Part shown: positions 1 through 10,293 of the stretch, one piece after another
How positions within the stretch are numbered: position 1 is the first letter of the stretch
How the letters are laid out: the number at the start of each line of letters is the position of its first letter
Virus record (IMG/VR): IMGVR_UViG_3300008952_001422
Location: 63,032-127,031 of that record
Strand: one strand, 5' to 3'
From: a virus
DNA length: 64,000 nucleotides
The notes under the pieces: generated by a model
Database searches by the model: none
Seen by the model: the letters and a program-made list of their open reading frames with translations, nothing else
Told to the model about the DNA's origin: nothing
Program-made: the position numbers and the translations under genes

Positions 1-14
1 CTGAGTATTGGGGT

Positions 15-3000
15 ATGAAATCTACAGCAGGCATTGATGCACATTTGGCAGAAGACAATCAGCCTGAACCACGTAAGATGCAAGTAACACAAGCAGACAA
101 AGATAATAATACTGAAGCCTGGAAACGTTTTAGAGCAGGTGACCCAAGATATGAATGGAAAGATATGATACTTTCCAAAAAAGAAGGTGATGTATCAGAA
201 GCAGTTGGCGAATTTGCACAACCAATTTATGATTTAATTGATGACTTGGGTGGTGATAATGATGCACATGAAATCGTATTAAACGATATGGTTCGTTACT
301 TAGGTGGTGATACTATTCAAGATTTTGTTAAAGACTTTAGAAGTAACCATGATATGAATCATCCAGGTGAAGATGGCGATTACGGTGAAGATGATAAAAA
401 CTTTGAATCAGTAAAAGAAGCAACACATGGTGAAGCCAAACCAATTTATGATTTAGTTGGTTCATTAGGTGCAGGTGATATTGAATTAGCACAGAATCCT
501 GTATTTCAAGATTTAGTTCGTTTTTTAGATGCTGATACTATTAATAAGTTTGTAACAGACTTCCGTAGAAAGATGGCTAAAGATAAAGATTTCAAAGGTT
601 CAGTTGATTTTGGTCAATATAAAGAATCATTTAATGATGAAGAATATAATGATGAAGAAAGGGCTGGAATGGAATATACTGTATGGGTTGGTGGTACTGA
701 AGTTAATGACAAGTGGCTAAATTACGAAGAAGCCAAAGAGTTATATGACTTATGGAGAGCCAAAGGTTACGATGACGTTCAACTAGATGCTCGTTTAAAA
801 GAAGGTTCATTTTGGGGCAGAGATGATATGGTTGCTCAAATGAAAAGAGATGAACTAGCGGCAGGAATGAGAAAGTACACAAAAGATGTTGACGGCGTCC
901 ATAGCGGTTCGACTACTTCTGACCCAGAAGAATGGAAAAGATTAGAAGCAGATGGTTACGAATGGGATAAAGATTATTATAAAGATATAGAAGAATTAGA
1001 AGCAAGATGGAAAAAGAAACACGTCAAAGGAGAATCACGTACAGATGAATGGGCATTTGTGGCTCCATTAGCCGGAGTTGCCGGAACCGCGGCAAGAGTA
1101 GTTGGAAGCGGTCTCGGAAGAGCGGCAATGCGAGGAGCGGTAGGTGGAATGGTTGGTAAAGCCGTAAAAAAGGCAGCCAGTCTAGGCAGTGATAATGCAA
1201 CAAAAAGCGTTAGATATGGAACAACAAGCACTTTACCGACAAGTAGTAGCATTGAAAAATTTAATGACCTTAATGCATCTAAGAAACCAAAAAAGAATGC
1301 CAAAAAATTAAACGCAGTTAAAGAAAAACAAGAAAAGACAGATGATTTATTAAAAGGATTTGACCCTAAAACTGCAAGAGCATTAATGATGTTGAAAACA
1401 AAATATCCTCAAGCAGATAATGTTCTTTCGGCTCTATTAGCAGATGTTGAAAATAATGAAAAAGATAGTGATGTTGCCGATTTGACACAAGGTCATAATA
1501 TTGAGAAATTAAAAAAAGCAGTTGATATCTTACAAAAAGAAATCAATCTTTTGAAAGTGGATAAAAAAAGAAATGCAGTTAAAGAAAAAGCAAAGCCAGA
1601 CTTTTTAGACCTTGACAAAGATGGCAACAAGAAAGAACCAATGAAAAAAGCAGTTAAAGATAAGAAAAAAGTAAGTGAAGACTTAGATGCTGTTTCCAAA
1701 AAAATCATAAAAAAACTAAGACAGAAAGCAAAAGATGATTATGATAAAGGCCGCCCGATAGCAAAAAGAAAGTCTGATAAAGAAATCATAAAAAAACTGA
1801 GACAGGACGCAGATGATGATATCAAAGCCAGGGACAAACGTAATAGAAAAAGACATCCCGAATGGTTTGAAGCATATAATCCTGAAACAGGAAGAGACCC
1901 TAATAAGCCTACACCAGAATGGGACAATCTTATTGCAAAAGCAAAGAAAAAGCAAGGTATCAGTGACGAAGAAGAAGTATGGTTTAATTATGAAGACATT
2001 GGTGGAAACATAATTGTTAATCCTAAGTCAACTATAGAAGACCAGATTGGTGAACTGTTAAACAGATATTATGACATTAGTCCAATGGAATTTGACCCTA
2101 GTAAAATAGAAATTACAACTCCAGACCAAACAAATCAAGATGCAAATTTTGCCAAAACTCAAAATGCAAGAAATACACCAGTTCAAGAGGATAAATATTC
2201 TGACCTGAATCCTACTAATAAGTTTGGTTACTTTGGTGGACCAGGATTCTATAGTAATGATGGCAGTACTTATACTGAACCACATTATGATGATTTTGAT
2301 ATCAGACAACACAACAGAGATAATCCTGAAGATAAAATCAAACTTAATAATTGGGCTGATTTTAATCTAAAAATGAGTTATCATAAAAAGGATGGTAAAA
2401 GAGTTCAAGGATTTGGTGGAATGGGATATAATGTTTCATTTCACGGCAATCCAAAAGATGTAGAAGCCTTTGCTATGCAACATTTAGATGCAGAACGTTA
2501 CTCAGGTGATAATATTCCTGAATCAGAATCTTTACCGCAACAGGTATCACTTGCAAGTTCGTTGATAGCATCAAGACAAGCAAAAAGAAATGAAGTTAAA
2601 AAAGTTAGAGAAGATGAAGAAGCAGTAGCGGCTAGAGATGAATTTATGAAAGTTATGGATATGAAACCAAAAGGTGGTTTAAAAGATATTCCAAAAGCAA
2701 TCGACACAATTAAGAAGATTGTAGCAGACAAACAAAATCAACAAGTAAAATTTGACGATGGCAAGATGAGAGTAGATTTATACACAGCATCAGCAGTATC
2801 AAAAGTATATGATGCAGTTAAGCCAGAAACACAAGAAAAAATTGACGATATGTTAAGAACTAAAGAAGGTATGCTTAAGATGTCAAACTTTGCATTTAGC
2901 AAACTTAGTGAAGGTATCAAAGCAGGCAAACGTATTGATGAGATTTTACCTTTAGCGGCTATTGGTGCAGTTGCTGGTGGGGTTGCTAGAGCAGTTGGTG

Positions 3001-3749
3001 GAAAACTTGCAAAAGCGGCTGTAAAACATCCAATTAAAACAGCGGCAGTTGTTAGTACTGTAAAAAATAAAGACAAGACAGTAAAACAGAAAGCAACTGA
3101 CGTAGCACGAATAACATCAAGCAAATATGATTTAGATGAATTACAAGCACCTTATACTGGTCCAGATGCAGTAATAGATAAAAATGGTAAGGGGCATAAG
3201 CCTGGTAGTCCAAAAGCGAACATGATTATAAATATGAAAAAGAAGACACCAGTTGCTAAACCATTACAAAAAAAGACAGCAAACAAATCAGGTGTTAAAC
3301 CAGCACAAAGTACAGTAAAACCAGCAGGAGTAGGTAGAGGTAATGCACCTGGTTCAAAAGCGACTCAAATTCAACCTGGTGGTGGTAGTAAGGCAGGTAT
3401 GGCTAATAAGGCTACTCCATCACAAATTGCACAAGCGAAAAAAGATGTAATGAAGAATAAAGTTAGAGCAGTTGGTAAGAAAGTTTACGATATGGGCAAA
3501 TCTGCTATAGCAAAAAGTATGGACCGTACCGGAATGGGTAATCCTCTATCGGCATCTGAGTATTCTCCCGAAGATAAAGCGGTAGACATAATGAAAGGTG
3601 CTATGAAGAAAGTAGAAGAACTAAATACAAAACCTTCAGGTAAAATCACAGTTAAGAGAATCCCAGCGAAAGGACCGAAAGGACCGAAAGGTTATACGCC
3701 TGGTGACCATCATCCCCCTACTAAATTCAAGGCCTCAGTTAAATTTTAA
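15..3749 (+). CDS. large internal head/prohead-core-like protein, possibly a processed polyprotein; may start upstream of the window
   Basis: 1244 aa. Internal repeats (PIYDL...V/MVR.L..DTI..FV.DFR x2; Gly/Ala-rich segments after DE x2), a KPDFLDLDKDGNKKEPMKKA motif, many (I/L/V)xE sites. Frame is open to the window edge. Confidence 0.5.
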   Translation: MKSTAGIDAHLAEDNQPEPRKMQVTQADKDNNTEAWKRFRAGDPRYEWKDMILSKKEGDVSEAVGEFAQPIYDLIDDLGGDNDAHEIVLNDMVRYLGGDTIQDFVKDFRSNHDMNHPGEDGDYGEDDKNFESVKEATHGEAKPIYDLVGSLGAGDIELAQNPVFQDLVRFLDADTINKFVTDFRRKMAKDKDFKGSVDFGQYKESFNDEEYNDEERAGMEYTVWVGGTEVNDKWLNYEEAKELYDLWRAKGYDDVQLDARLKEGSFWGRDDMVAQMKRDELAAGMRKYTKDVDGVHSGSTTSDPEEWKRLEADGYEWDKDYYKDIEELEARWKKKHVKGESRTDEWAFVAPLAGVAGTAARVVGSGLGRAAMRGAVGGMVGKAVKKAASLGSDNATKSVRYGTTSTLPTSSSIEKFNDLNASKKPKKNAKKLNAVKEKQEKTDDLLKGFDPKTARALMMLKTKYPQADNVLSALLADVENNEKDSDVADLTQGHNIEKLKKAVDILQKEINLLKVDKKRNAVKEKAKPDFLDLDKDGNKKEPMKKAVKDKKKVSEDLDAVSKKIIKKLRQKAKDDYDKGRPIAKRKSDKEIIKKLRQDADDDIKARDKRNRKRHPEWFEAYNPETGRDPNKPTPEWDNLIAKAKKKQGISDEEEVWFNYEDIGGNIIVNPKSTIEDQIGELLNRYYDISPMEFDPSKIEITTPDQTNQDANFAKTQNARNTPVQEDKYSDLNPTNKFGYFGGPGFYSNDGSTYTEPHYDDFDIRQHNRDNPEDKIKLNNWADFNLKMSYHKKDGKRVQGFGGMGYNVSFHGNPKDVEAFAMQHLDAERYSGDNIPESESLPQQVSLASSLIASRQAKRNEVKKVREDEEAVAARDEFMKVMDMKPKGGLKDIPKAIDTIKKIVADKQNQQVKFDDGKMRVDLYTASAVSKVYDAVKPETQEKIDDMLRTKEGMLKMSNFAFSKLSEGIKAGKRIDEILPLAAIGAVAGGVARAVGGKLAKAAVKHPIKTAAVVSTVKNKDKTVKQKATDVARITSSKYDLDELQAPYTGPDAVIDKNGKGHKPGSPKANMIINMKKKTPVAKPLQKKTANKSGVKPAQSTVKPAGVGRGNAPGSKATQIQPGGGSKAGMANKATPSQIAQAKKDVMKNKVRAVGKKVYDMGKSAIAKSMDRTGMGNPLSASEYSPEDKAVDIMKGAMKKVEELNTKPSGKITVKRIPAKGPKGPKGYTPGDHHPPTKFKASVKF

Positions 3750-3761
3750 ACAAATAACCTA

Positions 3762-3790
3762 TTGACTTTTGAAGTCACCTATGTTAATAT
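3762..3790 (+). promoter_or_regulatory. sigma70-type promoter
   Basis: TTGACT-17 nt-TAATAT with TG extension, upstream of 3843 and PolB. Confidence 0.6.
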
Positions 3791-3792
3791 AT

Positions 3793-3817
3793 AAAGAGTG
3801 AGAAATCACTCTTTTTT
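3793..3817 (+). terminator. rho-independent terminator
   Basis: AAAGAGTGA-GAAA-TCACTCTTT followed by T run, downstream of the large ORF. Confidence 0.7.
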
Positions 3818-3842
3818 ATTGTCCAACTTATAGGAGATTTAT

Positions 3843-4103
3843 ATGTCAATTGACGCAATTAATGAAGAAGAAAAAGCAAAACTCATTCAATTAGTAAATG
3901 AAGGTTGTCTAGTTCTACAAGAAGTTGAAGACCTCAAAGGTGGATTACGTGATACAGTAAGAGCAATTGCTGAAGAAATCGATGTAAAACCAGCAGTTTT
4001 AAACAAGGCAATCTCGGTTGCACATAAGGCCAAACTATCTGAGATACGTGCTGACTTTGAAGATATGGAAACAATTCTGGAAACTGTAGGGCGTACTCTT
4101 TGA
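3843..4103 (+). CDS. small dsDNA-binding protein (T4 DsbA/GapR-like)
   Basis: 86 aa helical protein, SD AGGAG, immediately upstream of PolB. Confidence 0.45.
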   Translation: MSIDAINEEEKAKLIQLVNEGCLVLQEVEDLKGGLRDTVRAIAEEIDVKPAVLNKAISVAHKAKLSEIRADFEDMETILETVGRTL

Positions 4104-6907
4104 GTTATGTAGATGCATTCTACAACAAAGATAAGGACATTGTTCAAGTTGTAGAACGAATAAAAGGCAAAAGAGTTTATAATGATTATCCAGCGTGGCG
4201 CACTTTCTATGTGAAAGACCCACGCGGTGACCATATAAGTATTCATGGTGACAAAGTACGACAAATCAAATGTAAACGTCTTAAAGACTTACACAAAGAA
4301 CGAAAAATAAATACTGGTAAAACATTTTACGAAAGTGATATTAAACCAGAAGTTCGTTGTTTGAGTGAGAATTATAATGGAATTGATTCACCTACTCTAA
4401 ATACTGCCTTTTTCGATATTGAAACAGACTTCGATGCAAGTCGAGGGTTTGCTGACCCTAGTGACCCATTCATGCCAATCACGGCAATCACAGTTCATCT
4501 TCAATGGTTAGACTTACTTGTAACACTTGTTATCCCACCCAAGTCAATGAGAAGTGGTGAAGGTCTTAAAGAGGCAGAAAGAATTTGTGAGCAATTTGAG
4601 AATACTCAATTATATCTAAGTGAAGTAGATATGCTTAATGACTTTTTAGATGTCATTGAAGATGCTGATGTGTTGGCTGGTTGGAACTCTGAAGGTTATG
4701 ATATTCCATACATTGTGAATAGAATAACTGAAGTACTAAGTAAATCACATACACGCAAGTTGTGTCTATGGGAATTAGAACCTCAGAAACGTAGAATAGT
4801 AAAATATGGTAAAGAACAAGAAACATTTGACTTGTTCGGAAGAATTCACTTAGACTACCTAGAATTATATCGTAAGTACACATATCACGAAATGCACTCA
4901 TACGCACTTGATACAATTGGTGAACACGAAGTAGGTGAACAAAAAGTTGCATATGACGGCACACTAGACCAGTTATACAACAATGACTTCTATAAGTTTG
5001 TTGAATATAACAGACAAGACGTTGCACTACTTGATAAGATTGATAAGAAACTAAGATTTATCGAACTGGCAAACGAGATTGCACACGATAATACAGTAAA
5101 CATCAAAACAACAATGGGTGCAGTTGCAGTTACAGAACAAGCAATCATCAACGAAGCACATAGACGTGGTATGGTTGTTCCAGATAGAAAGAAAAAAGTT
5201 TGGTCAGATGATGATGTAGAATTATCAGATGAAGAATTACACGAAGTAGAAATGCAAAAGGCCGCTGGTGCTTTTGTGGCAGTTCCCAAAGCAGGATTAC
5301 AGAGATGGGTAGCAGGTATTGATATCAACTCTCTTTATCCATCAGTTATTCGTGCGATGAATATGTCACCAGAAACAATTGCAGGACAACTAAGACCTGA
5401 CTTGACTGAAAAGATGATTGGTGATAGAATATCAGAGGGTAGAAAAACAGGTGCTAAAACATTTGGTTCATCTCAAGCATGGGATGAAACATTTAGTACA
5501 GAAGAATTCCGTTTAGTTAATGAGAGGGACAAAGCAAGTAATATTACATTAGTACTTGAAGATGCACCATGGGAAGAAAACAAAACAACTCAAGCACTAT
5601 CAGGTCAAGAGGCATATGATTTAATATACAATAGCGAATTGAACTGGACTCTTACTGCTAATGGTACTATATTTAAACAAGATGTTCAAGGTATCATTCC
5701 TAGTTTGTTAGAACGTTGGTATGCTGAACGACAAGTAATGCAAGAGAACAAGAAACTTGCCATTAAAGATGGTGATGCTGAAGAAATAGCATTTTGGGAT
5801 AAACGACAACTTGTTAAGAAGATTAACTTAAACTCATTATATGGTGCGATTTTGAATCAAGGATGTCGTTTCTATGATAAACGTATTGGTCAGAGTACAA
5901 CTCTAACAGGTCGTTGTATAACAAGACACATGGGTGCAAAGTGTAATGAAGTAATCGTTGGCGAATATGATTATAAGGGTCCAGCAGTTATATATGGTGA
6001 CACAGACTCTATCTATTATTCAATGTATCCTGTTTACAAACAAGAGATTGATGACGGTAGTATTGAATGGGATAAAGAAAAAGTATTAATGTTATATGAT
6101 GAAGTTGCCAATCAAGTCAACGCAAGTTTTCCAGATTTTATGAAAACGTTCTTTAATGTTCCTAGAAAAGAAGGTGAGATTATTGTTGCTGGCCGTGAGA
6201 ATTGTTCGATTACAGGTATTTTTATTAAAAAGAAACGATACGCATTGCTTATGTATGATGACGATGGTGTTCGCCGTGATGTAGATGGTTCACCTGGTAA
6301 AGTCAAAGTAATGGGAATTGACATAAAGAGAAGTGATACTCCACCATATATGCAAGATTTTCTAAGTGAAGTTCTACTGAAAGTGTTAACTGATGGCACA
6401 CGTGAAGAAGTCATTGAGATGGTTAAAGAGTTTAAGAAAGAGTTTAGAACAAAACCAGGTTGGGAAAAAGGTTCTCAAACTCGTGTAAACAATCTAACTT
6501 CATACAAGAACAGAGTGAACGCCGCAAAGAAGGCAATGGCAAGAGATTTGAATAATGGTGGTGATAAATCTAAAAGAGATAAAGTCCACTTACCTGGACA
6601 TGTCGCCGCATCATTGAATTGGAATATGTTACGAGAACTTAATCAAGACCGATATGCAGTAGAAATTGTAGATGGTATGAAGACGATTGTTTGTAAACTA
6701 AAGCCAAACACGTTCAAGTTGAAAAGTGTTGCATATCCTGTAGATGCGACTAAAATACCAGAATGGTTTCAAAAACTTCCATTTGACCATGAGTTGATGG
6801 AACAAACTATTGTTGATAAGAAATTAGACAACCTAATTGGAGTATTAAATTGGGATATGAGTGATGCAAATGCATCAGAAACTTTTGATAATCTTTTCGA
6901 TTTGTAA
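4100..6907 (+). CDS. polB: family B DNA polymerase
   Basis: Exo FFDIET, GWNSEGYD; polymerase motifs DINSLYPS, KINLNSLYG, YGDTDS, KKRY; C-terminal FDNLFDL. Confidence 0.97.
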   Translation: MSYVDAFYNKDKDIVQVVERIKGKRVYNDYPAWRTFYVKDPRGDHISIHGDKVRQIKCKRLKDLHKERKINTGKTFYESDIKPEVRCLSENYNGIDSPTLNTAFFDIETDFDASRGFADPSDPFMPITAITVHLQWLDLLVTLVIPPKSMRSGEGLKEAERICEQFENTQLYLSEVDMLNDFLDVIEDADVLAGWNSEGYDIPYIVNRITEVLSKSHTRKLCLWELEPQKRRIVKYGKEQETFDLFGRIHLDYLELYRKYTYHEMHSYALDTIGEHEVGEQKVAYDGTLDQLYNNDFYKFVEYNRQDVALLDKIDKKLRFIELANEIAHDNTVNIKTTMGAVAVTEQAIINEAHRRGMVVPDRKKKVWSDDDVELSDEELHEVEMQKAAGAFVAVPKAGLQRWVAGIDINSLYPSVIRAMNMSPETIAGQLRPDLTEKMIGDRISEGRKTGAKTFGSSQAWDETFSTEEFRLVNERDKASNITLVLEDAPWEENKTTQALSGQEAYDLIYNSELNWTLTANGTIFKQDVQGIIPSLLERWYAERQVMQENKKLAIKDGDAEEIAFWDKRQLVKKINLNSLYGAILNQGCRFYDKRIGQSTTLTGRCITRHMGAKCNEVIVGEYDYKGPAVIYGDTDSIYYSMYPVYKQEIDDGSIEWDKEKVLMLYDEVANQVNASFPDFMKTFFNVPRKEGEIIVAGRENCSITGIFIKKKRYALLMYDDDGVRRDVDGSPGKVKVMGIDIKRSDTPPYMQDFLSEVLLKVLTDGTREEVIEMVKEFKKEFRTKPGWEKGSQTRVNNLTSYKNRVNAAKKAMARDLNNGGDKSKRDKVHLPGHVAASLNWNMLRELNQDRYAVEIVDGMKTIVCKLKPNTFKLKSVAYPVDATKIPEWFQKLPFDHELMEQTIVDKKLDNLIGVLNWDMSDANASETFDNLFDL

Positions 6908-7518
6908 TGACTAAGACTTACACAGATTTAGTAGGAAGACGAAGCAGTAATGCAATATCAGATGAATGCTATACTCCTTCTGACCAAGTTCTTCCATTAT
7001 TAGAATATCTAAACAAAGACAATACTTACTATGAAGCAACTAGCGGAAAGTCTAATTTAATTGTAGACGGCTTCAATAAAAATGGATATAAGATAGTGCC
7101 AAGTAATGATAAAGATTTCTTTGACTGTGGTCCAGATGATGTATATGATGGAATAATAACTAATCCACCATATAGTATTAAAGATAAGTTTATAGAACAT
7201 TGTTATTCTCTTGGTAAACCATTTGCGTTACTATTACCAGTAACAAGTTTTCAAGGTGGAAAACGAGGTAAGATGTTTATTAAACATGGTATGTCTACAC
7301 TTGTGTATAACAATCGGGTAGATTTCACAGGAACTGGTAATCCTACATTTGGAAATGCTTGGTTTATGTGGGGTATTATACCATCTAATACTATCTATTG
7401 GGTCGATAATCCAAAGAATGGTCAACTTCAATATACAACTGAAGATAAAAAGCCATGGGTACTACGAAAAAGAAAAGATAATACAGCAAAATCATTTGAT
7501 AATCTATTCGATTTATAG
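6907..7518 (+). CDS. phage DNA N6-adenine methyltransferase-like protein
   Basis: DECYTP start, motif-I-like YEATSGKS, catalytic ITNPPY, KPFALLLP. Confidence 0.75.
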   Translation: MTKTYTDLVGRRSSNAISDECYTPSDQVLPLLEYLNKDNTYYEATSGKSNLIVDGFNKNGYKIVPSNDKDFFDCGPDDVYDGIITNPPYSIKDKFIEHCYSLGKPFALLLPVTSFQGGKRGKMFIKHGMSTLVYNNRVDFTGTGNPTFGNAWFMWGIIPSNTIYWVDNPKNGQLQYTTEDKKPWVLRKRKDNTAKSFDNLFDL

Positions 7519-7519
7519 G

Positions 7520-7549
7520 TTGACAAGTGGTTCTAAATTATGTTATAAT
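7520..7549 (+). promoter_or_regulatory. sigma70-type promoter
   Basis: TTGACA-18 nt-TATAAT with TGn extension. Confidence 0.7.
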
Positions 7550-7579
7550 TAATTTAATAATTAAATAAAAGGAGTAAAA

Positions 7580-8335
7580 ATGCGTGATATTTTAAAGGAT
7601 ATTGTCAAACACACACATTCGCTAGGTATTATCCAAGCGGCTAAAGTGACAACAGATAAAGAGGGAACTACAATCGATGCAATGGACGAAGACCGTACTG
7701 TTGTATTGAGTGGTAAATTACATGCACCAGTTCCTGAATTCGAAGGCAAGTTCGGTCTAGGAAGATTAAGTGTCTTAAGTGGATTACTTGACTATACTGG
7801 CGAAGACAAAGAAGGCAATCCTATTGTAGCAGATGTTAAAGTAGGAACAGAATCACGAAATGGTGAAGATGTTACTACTGAACTTAACTTCTCTATGCCA
7901 GGTGGTTTTGATAGTTCATATCGAGTAATCGTAAGTGAATTAGTAGATGCACAAATCAAAACAGCAACTTTTAGAGGTGCGGCATGGAATGTAGAAATTA
8001 TGCCAACACAAAAAGCAATCAAAGACTTACAATACTTTGCAGGTATTCTAGGTCAATTTGACCCACTACTTACTGCGAGAACAGTGAATGGTAATTTAGT
8101 TTTCTATATCGGTGATAGTTCAACAGATAAAGTAGAACTTCCATTTGCAAACAATGTAGAGGGTGAACTAAAGACAGGTTGGAGTTTTCCATTGTCAACA
8201 GTTCTAACTATTCTTAGACTTAGTGATACAAGTACTATGAACATGAAGTTATCCGACCAAGGTGCGATGATGATTTCAGTTGATAGTGGTTTAGGTTTAT
8301 ACGAGTACATTCTACCAGCAAAAGCCGGCAACTAA
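7580..8335 (+). CDS. probable sliding clamp (gp45/PCNA-like)
   Basis: 251 aa, clamp-like size, beta/alpha pattern, C-terminal YEYILP strand, location next to PolB; fold inferred. Confidence 0.5.
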   Translation: MRDILKDIVKHTHSLGIIQAAKVTTDKEGTTIDAMDEDRTVVLSGKLHAPVPEFEGKFGLGRLSVLSGLLDYTGEDKEGNPIVADVKVGTESRNGEDVTTELNFSMPGGFDSSYRVIVSELVDAQIKTATFRGAAWNVEIMPTQKAIKDLQYFAGILGQFDPLLTARTVNGNLVFYIGDSSTDKVELPFANNVEGELKTGWSFPLSTVLTILRLSDTSTMNMKLSDQGAMMISVDSGLGLYEYILPAKAGN

Positions 8336-8359
8336 TTTATAATAATATTAGAGTTTTAT

Positions 8360-8367
8360 TATAAATA
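8360..8367 (+). promoter_or_regulatory. T4-type late promoter
   Basis: Exact TATAAATA in the intergenic region upstream of 8413. Confidence 0.55.
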
Positions 8368-8412
8368 CATCGAGGAGGTTGTAACTGGTAAGACTCATTA
8401 TAGGAGAAATGA

Positions 8413-8607
8413 ATGGGAAAAATCAACGCAGAGAAAATCAAAACACGCCTAATACACTTAAAAAAACAACACAGAGACTTAGATGATGGTATTATAACTG
8501 CATTCAAGATGCACACAGATGACCAAGTTGTCTCTAAATTAAAACTTAAAAAGTTACATCTTAAAGAAGAAATTGTTCAATTAGAAAGAGACCTAGAAGA
8601 AATCTAG
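8413..8607 (+). CDS. DUF465/YdcH-like small coiled-coil protein
   Basis: LKKQHRDLDD.I ... LKLKKLHLKEEI pattern. Confidence 0.75.
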   Translation: MGKINAEKIKTRLIHLKKQHRDLDDGIITAFKMHTDDQVVSKLKLKKLHLKEEIVQLERDLEEI

Positions 8608-9158
8608 TGAGCATACTCAAACCAACACCAAAAACAATCCAAAATTTGATAAGAGTCATTCCAGACCATCCGAGGCCTGGCGTACTCTATCAGGATATGG
8701 CAAGTGTCTTTAATGCGGCTCGAGGTATACAAGATGTCATGTCATTGTTTAATGATTATATCTCAGAGAATAATATAAAATTTAACAGAATCATTGGACT
8801 AGATGCACGTGGATTTCCAATGGCTGGATGTTTAAGTTCAGAAACTGGCATACCATTTTCAATGGCTAGAAAGAAAGGTAAACTACCAGGCGAAACAATA
8901 TTTACTGAATATGAACTAGAATACGGAACTGACGAATTGCACTTACAAGTAGATGCAATAGAGAAAGGGGACCAAGTATTGATTGTAGATGATGTTATAG
9001 CAACAGGTGGAACACTGGAGGCAGCCATTAAACTAACTGATAGATTTGAAGCCGAGGTTGTAGGTATATTAAGTATAATGGAACTTGAGTTTTTGGGTGG
9101 TGGTGAGAAATTGCGTGATGCAGGGCATGACGTGTACTCAATATTACAAGAACAGTAG
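8607..9158 (+). CDS. apt: adenine phosphoribosyltransferase
   Basis: IPDHPRPGVLYQD, DARGF, RKKGKLPG, YELEYG, PRPP motif VDDVIATGGT. Confidence 0.95.
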   Translation: MSILKPTPKTIQNLIRVIPDHPRPGVLYQDMASVFNAARGIQDVMSLFNDYISENNIKFNRIIGLDARGFPMAGCLSSETGIPFSMARKKGKLPGETIFTEYELEYGTDELHLQVDAIEKGDQVLIVDDVIATGGTLEAAIKLTDRFEAEVVGILSIMELEFLGGGEKLRDAGHDVYSILQEQ

Positions 9159-9168
9159 CATAAACCAC

Positions 9169-9197
9169 TTGACTTTTGTGTTAAAATTTTGTATAAT
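9169..9197 (+). promoter_or_regulatory. sigma70-type promoter
   Basis: TTGACT-17 nt-TATAAT directly before metK. Confidence 0.7.
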
Positions 9198-9203
9198 AGG
9201 AGT

Positions 9204-10292
9204 ATGAATAACTATATTTTTACTAGTGAGAGTGTAAGTGACGGTCATCCTGACAAGGTTGCAGACCAAATTAGTGATGCATTAGTTGATGCAGGACTTA
9301 AAAATGGTGATGAAAAGACACGGATAGCGGTCGAAACACTCGTAACTACAAATCACGTAACGTTAGCAGGTGAAGTAAAGAACTTTAACGTGAGCAAAGA
9401 AGATGTTGAGCAAATTGTTCGTAATAAAGTTAAAGATATCGGATATGAACAAGGAGGCTTTCATTGGGATAAACTAAAGATTTATAATGAGATTCACACA
9501 CAATCTGGTGATATCGCACTAGGAACCGATGATTTCGGCGCTGGAGACCAAGGATTAATGTTTGGTTATGCGTGTAACGACAACGAAGCAATGATGCCAG
9601 CACCTATATATTACGCACACGAAATACTTAAAGACCTCAAAGAAAAACGCAAAGGTGGTTATGAATATATGTTGCCAGATGCAAAATCACAAGTAAGTTT
9701 GCAATATGAAGGTGGTAAAGTAAAACGTGTTGACCAGATTGTAATATCACATCAACATACAAAAGGATTTGGACATAGTATTAAAATGCCTTGTAGAGAT
9801 TCAGCAGAAAAAATACTAAAAGGTTTGATAGATGATGAAACTGTATGGTATATCAATCCTACGGGCAAGTTTGAGATTGGTGGACCAGATGGAGATGCCG
9901 GAGTAACAGGTAGAAAGATTATTGTTGATACATACGGCGGTTATGCACCTCATGGTGGCGGTGCATTCTCAGGAAAAGACCCTACGAAAGTAGATAGAAG
10001 TGCCTCTTATATGGCACGATGGTTAGCAAAGAATGTTGTAGCAGATAACATGGCAGATTGGTGTCAAATTCAATTGAGTTATGCTATCGGTGTTAAAGAG
10101 CCAACTAGTATCTATGTAGATAGTGATGGACACAATCGTAGTATTGAAAAGTTTATTGCTGAGAATATTGATTTAACACCAAAAGGGATTATTGATAGAT
10201 TTGATTTATTCAACTTTCATCAATATAGTAAGAATTGTGTATACGGACATTTTGGTGACAAAGATGTTCCATGGGAGAAAATAGGATGGTAA
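9204..10292 (+). CDS. metK: S-adenosylmethionine synthetase
   Basis: FTSESVSDGHPDK, GAGDQG, GGGAFSGKDPTKVDRS; ATG at 9204 preferred to the TTG at 9189. Confidence 0.97.
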   Translation: MNNYIFTSESVSDGHPDKVADQISDALVDAGLKNGDEKTRIAVETLVTTNHVTLAGEVKNFNVSKEDVEQIVRNKVKDIGYEQGGFHWDKLKIYNEIHTQSGDIALGTDDFGAGDQGLMFGYACNDNEAMMPAPIYYAHEILKDLKEKRKGGYEYMLPDAKSQVSLQYEGGKVKRVDQIVISHQHTKGFGHSIKMPCRDSAEKILKGLIDDETVWYINPTGKFEIGGPDGDAGVTGRKIIVDTYGGYAPHGGGAFSGKDPTKVDRSASYMARWLAKNVVADNMADWCQIQLSYAIGVKEPTSIYVDSDGHNRSIEKFIAENIDLTPKGIIDRFDLFNFHQYSKNCVYGHFGDKDVPWEKIGW

Positions 10293-10293
10293 T

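Noticed and set aside
3667-3692. Tandem GAAAGGACC repeat
   Set aside because: Encodes KGPKGPKG inside ORF1; too short for a CRISPR or regulatory repeat.
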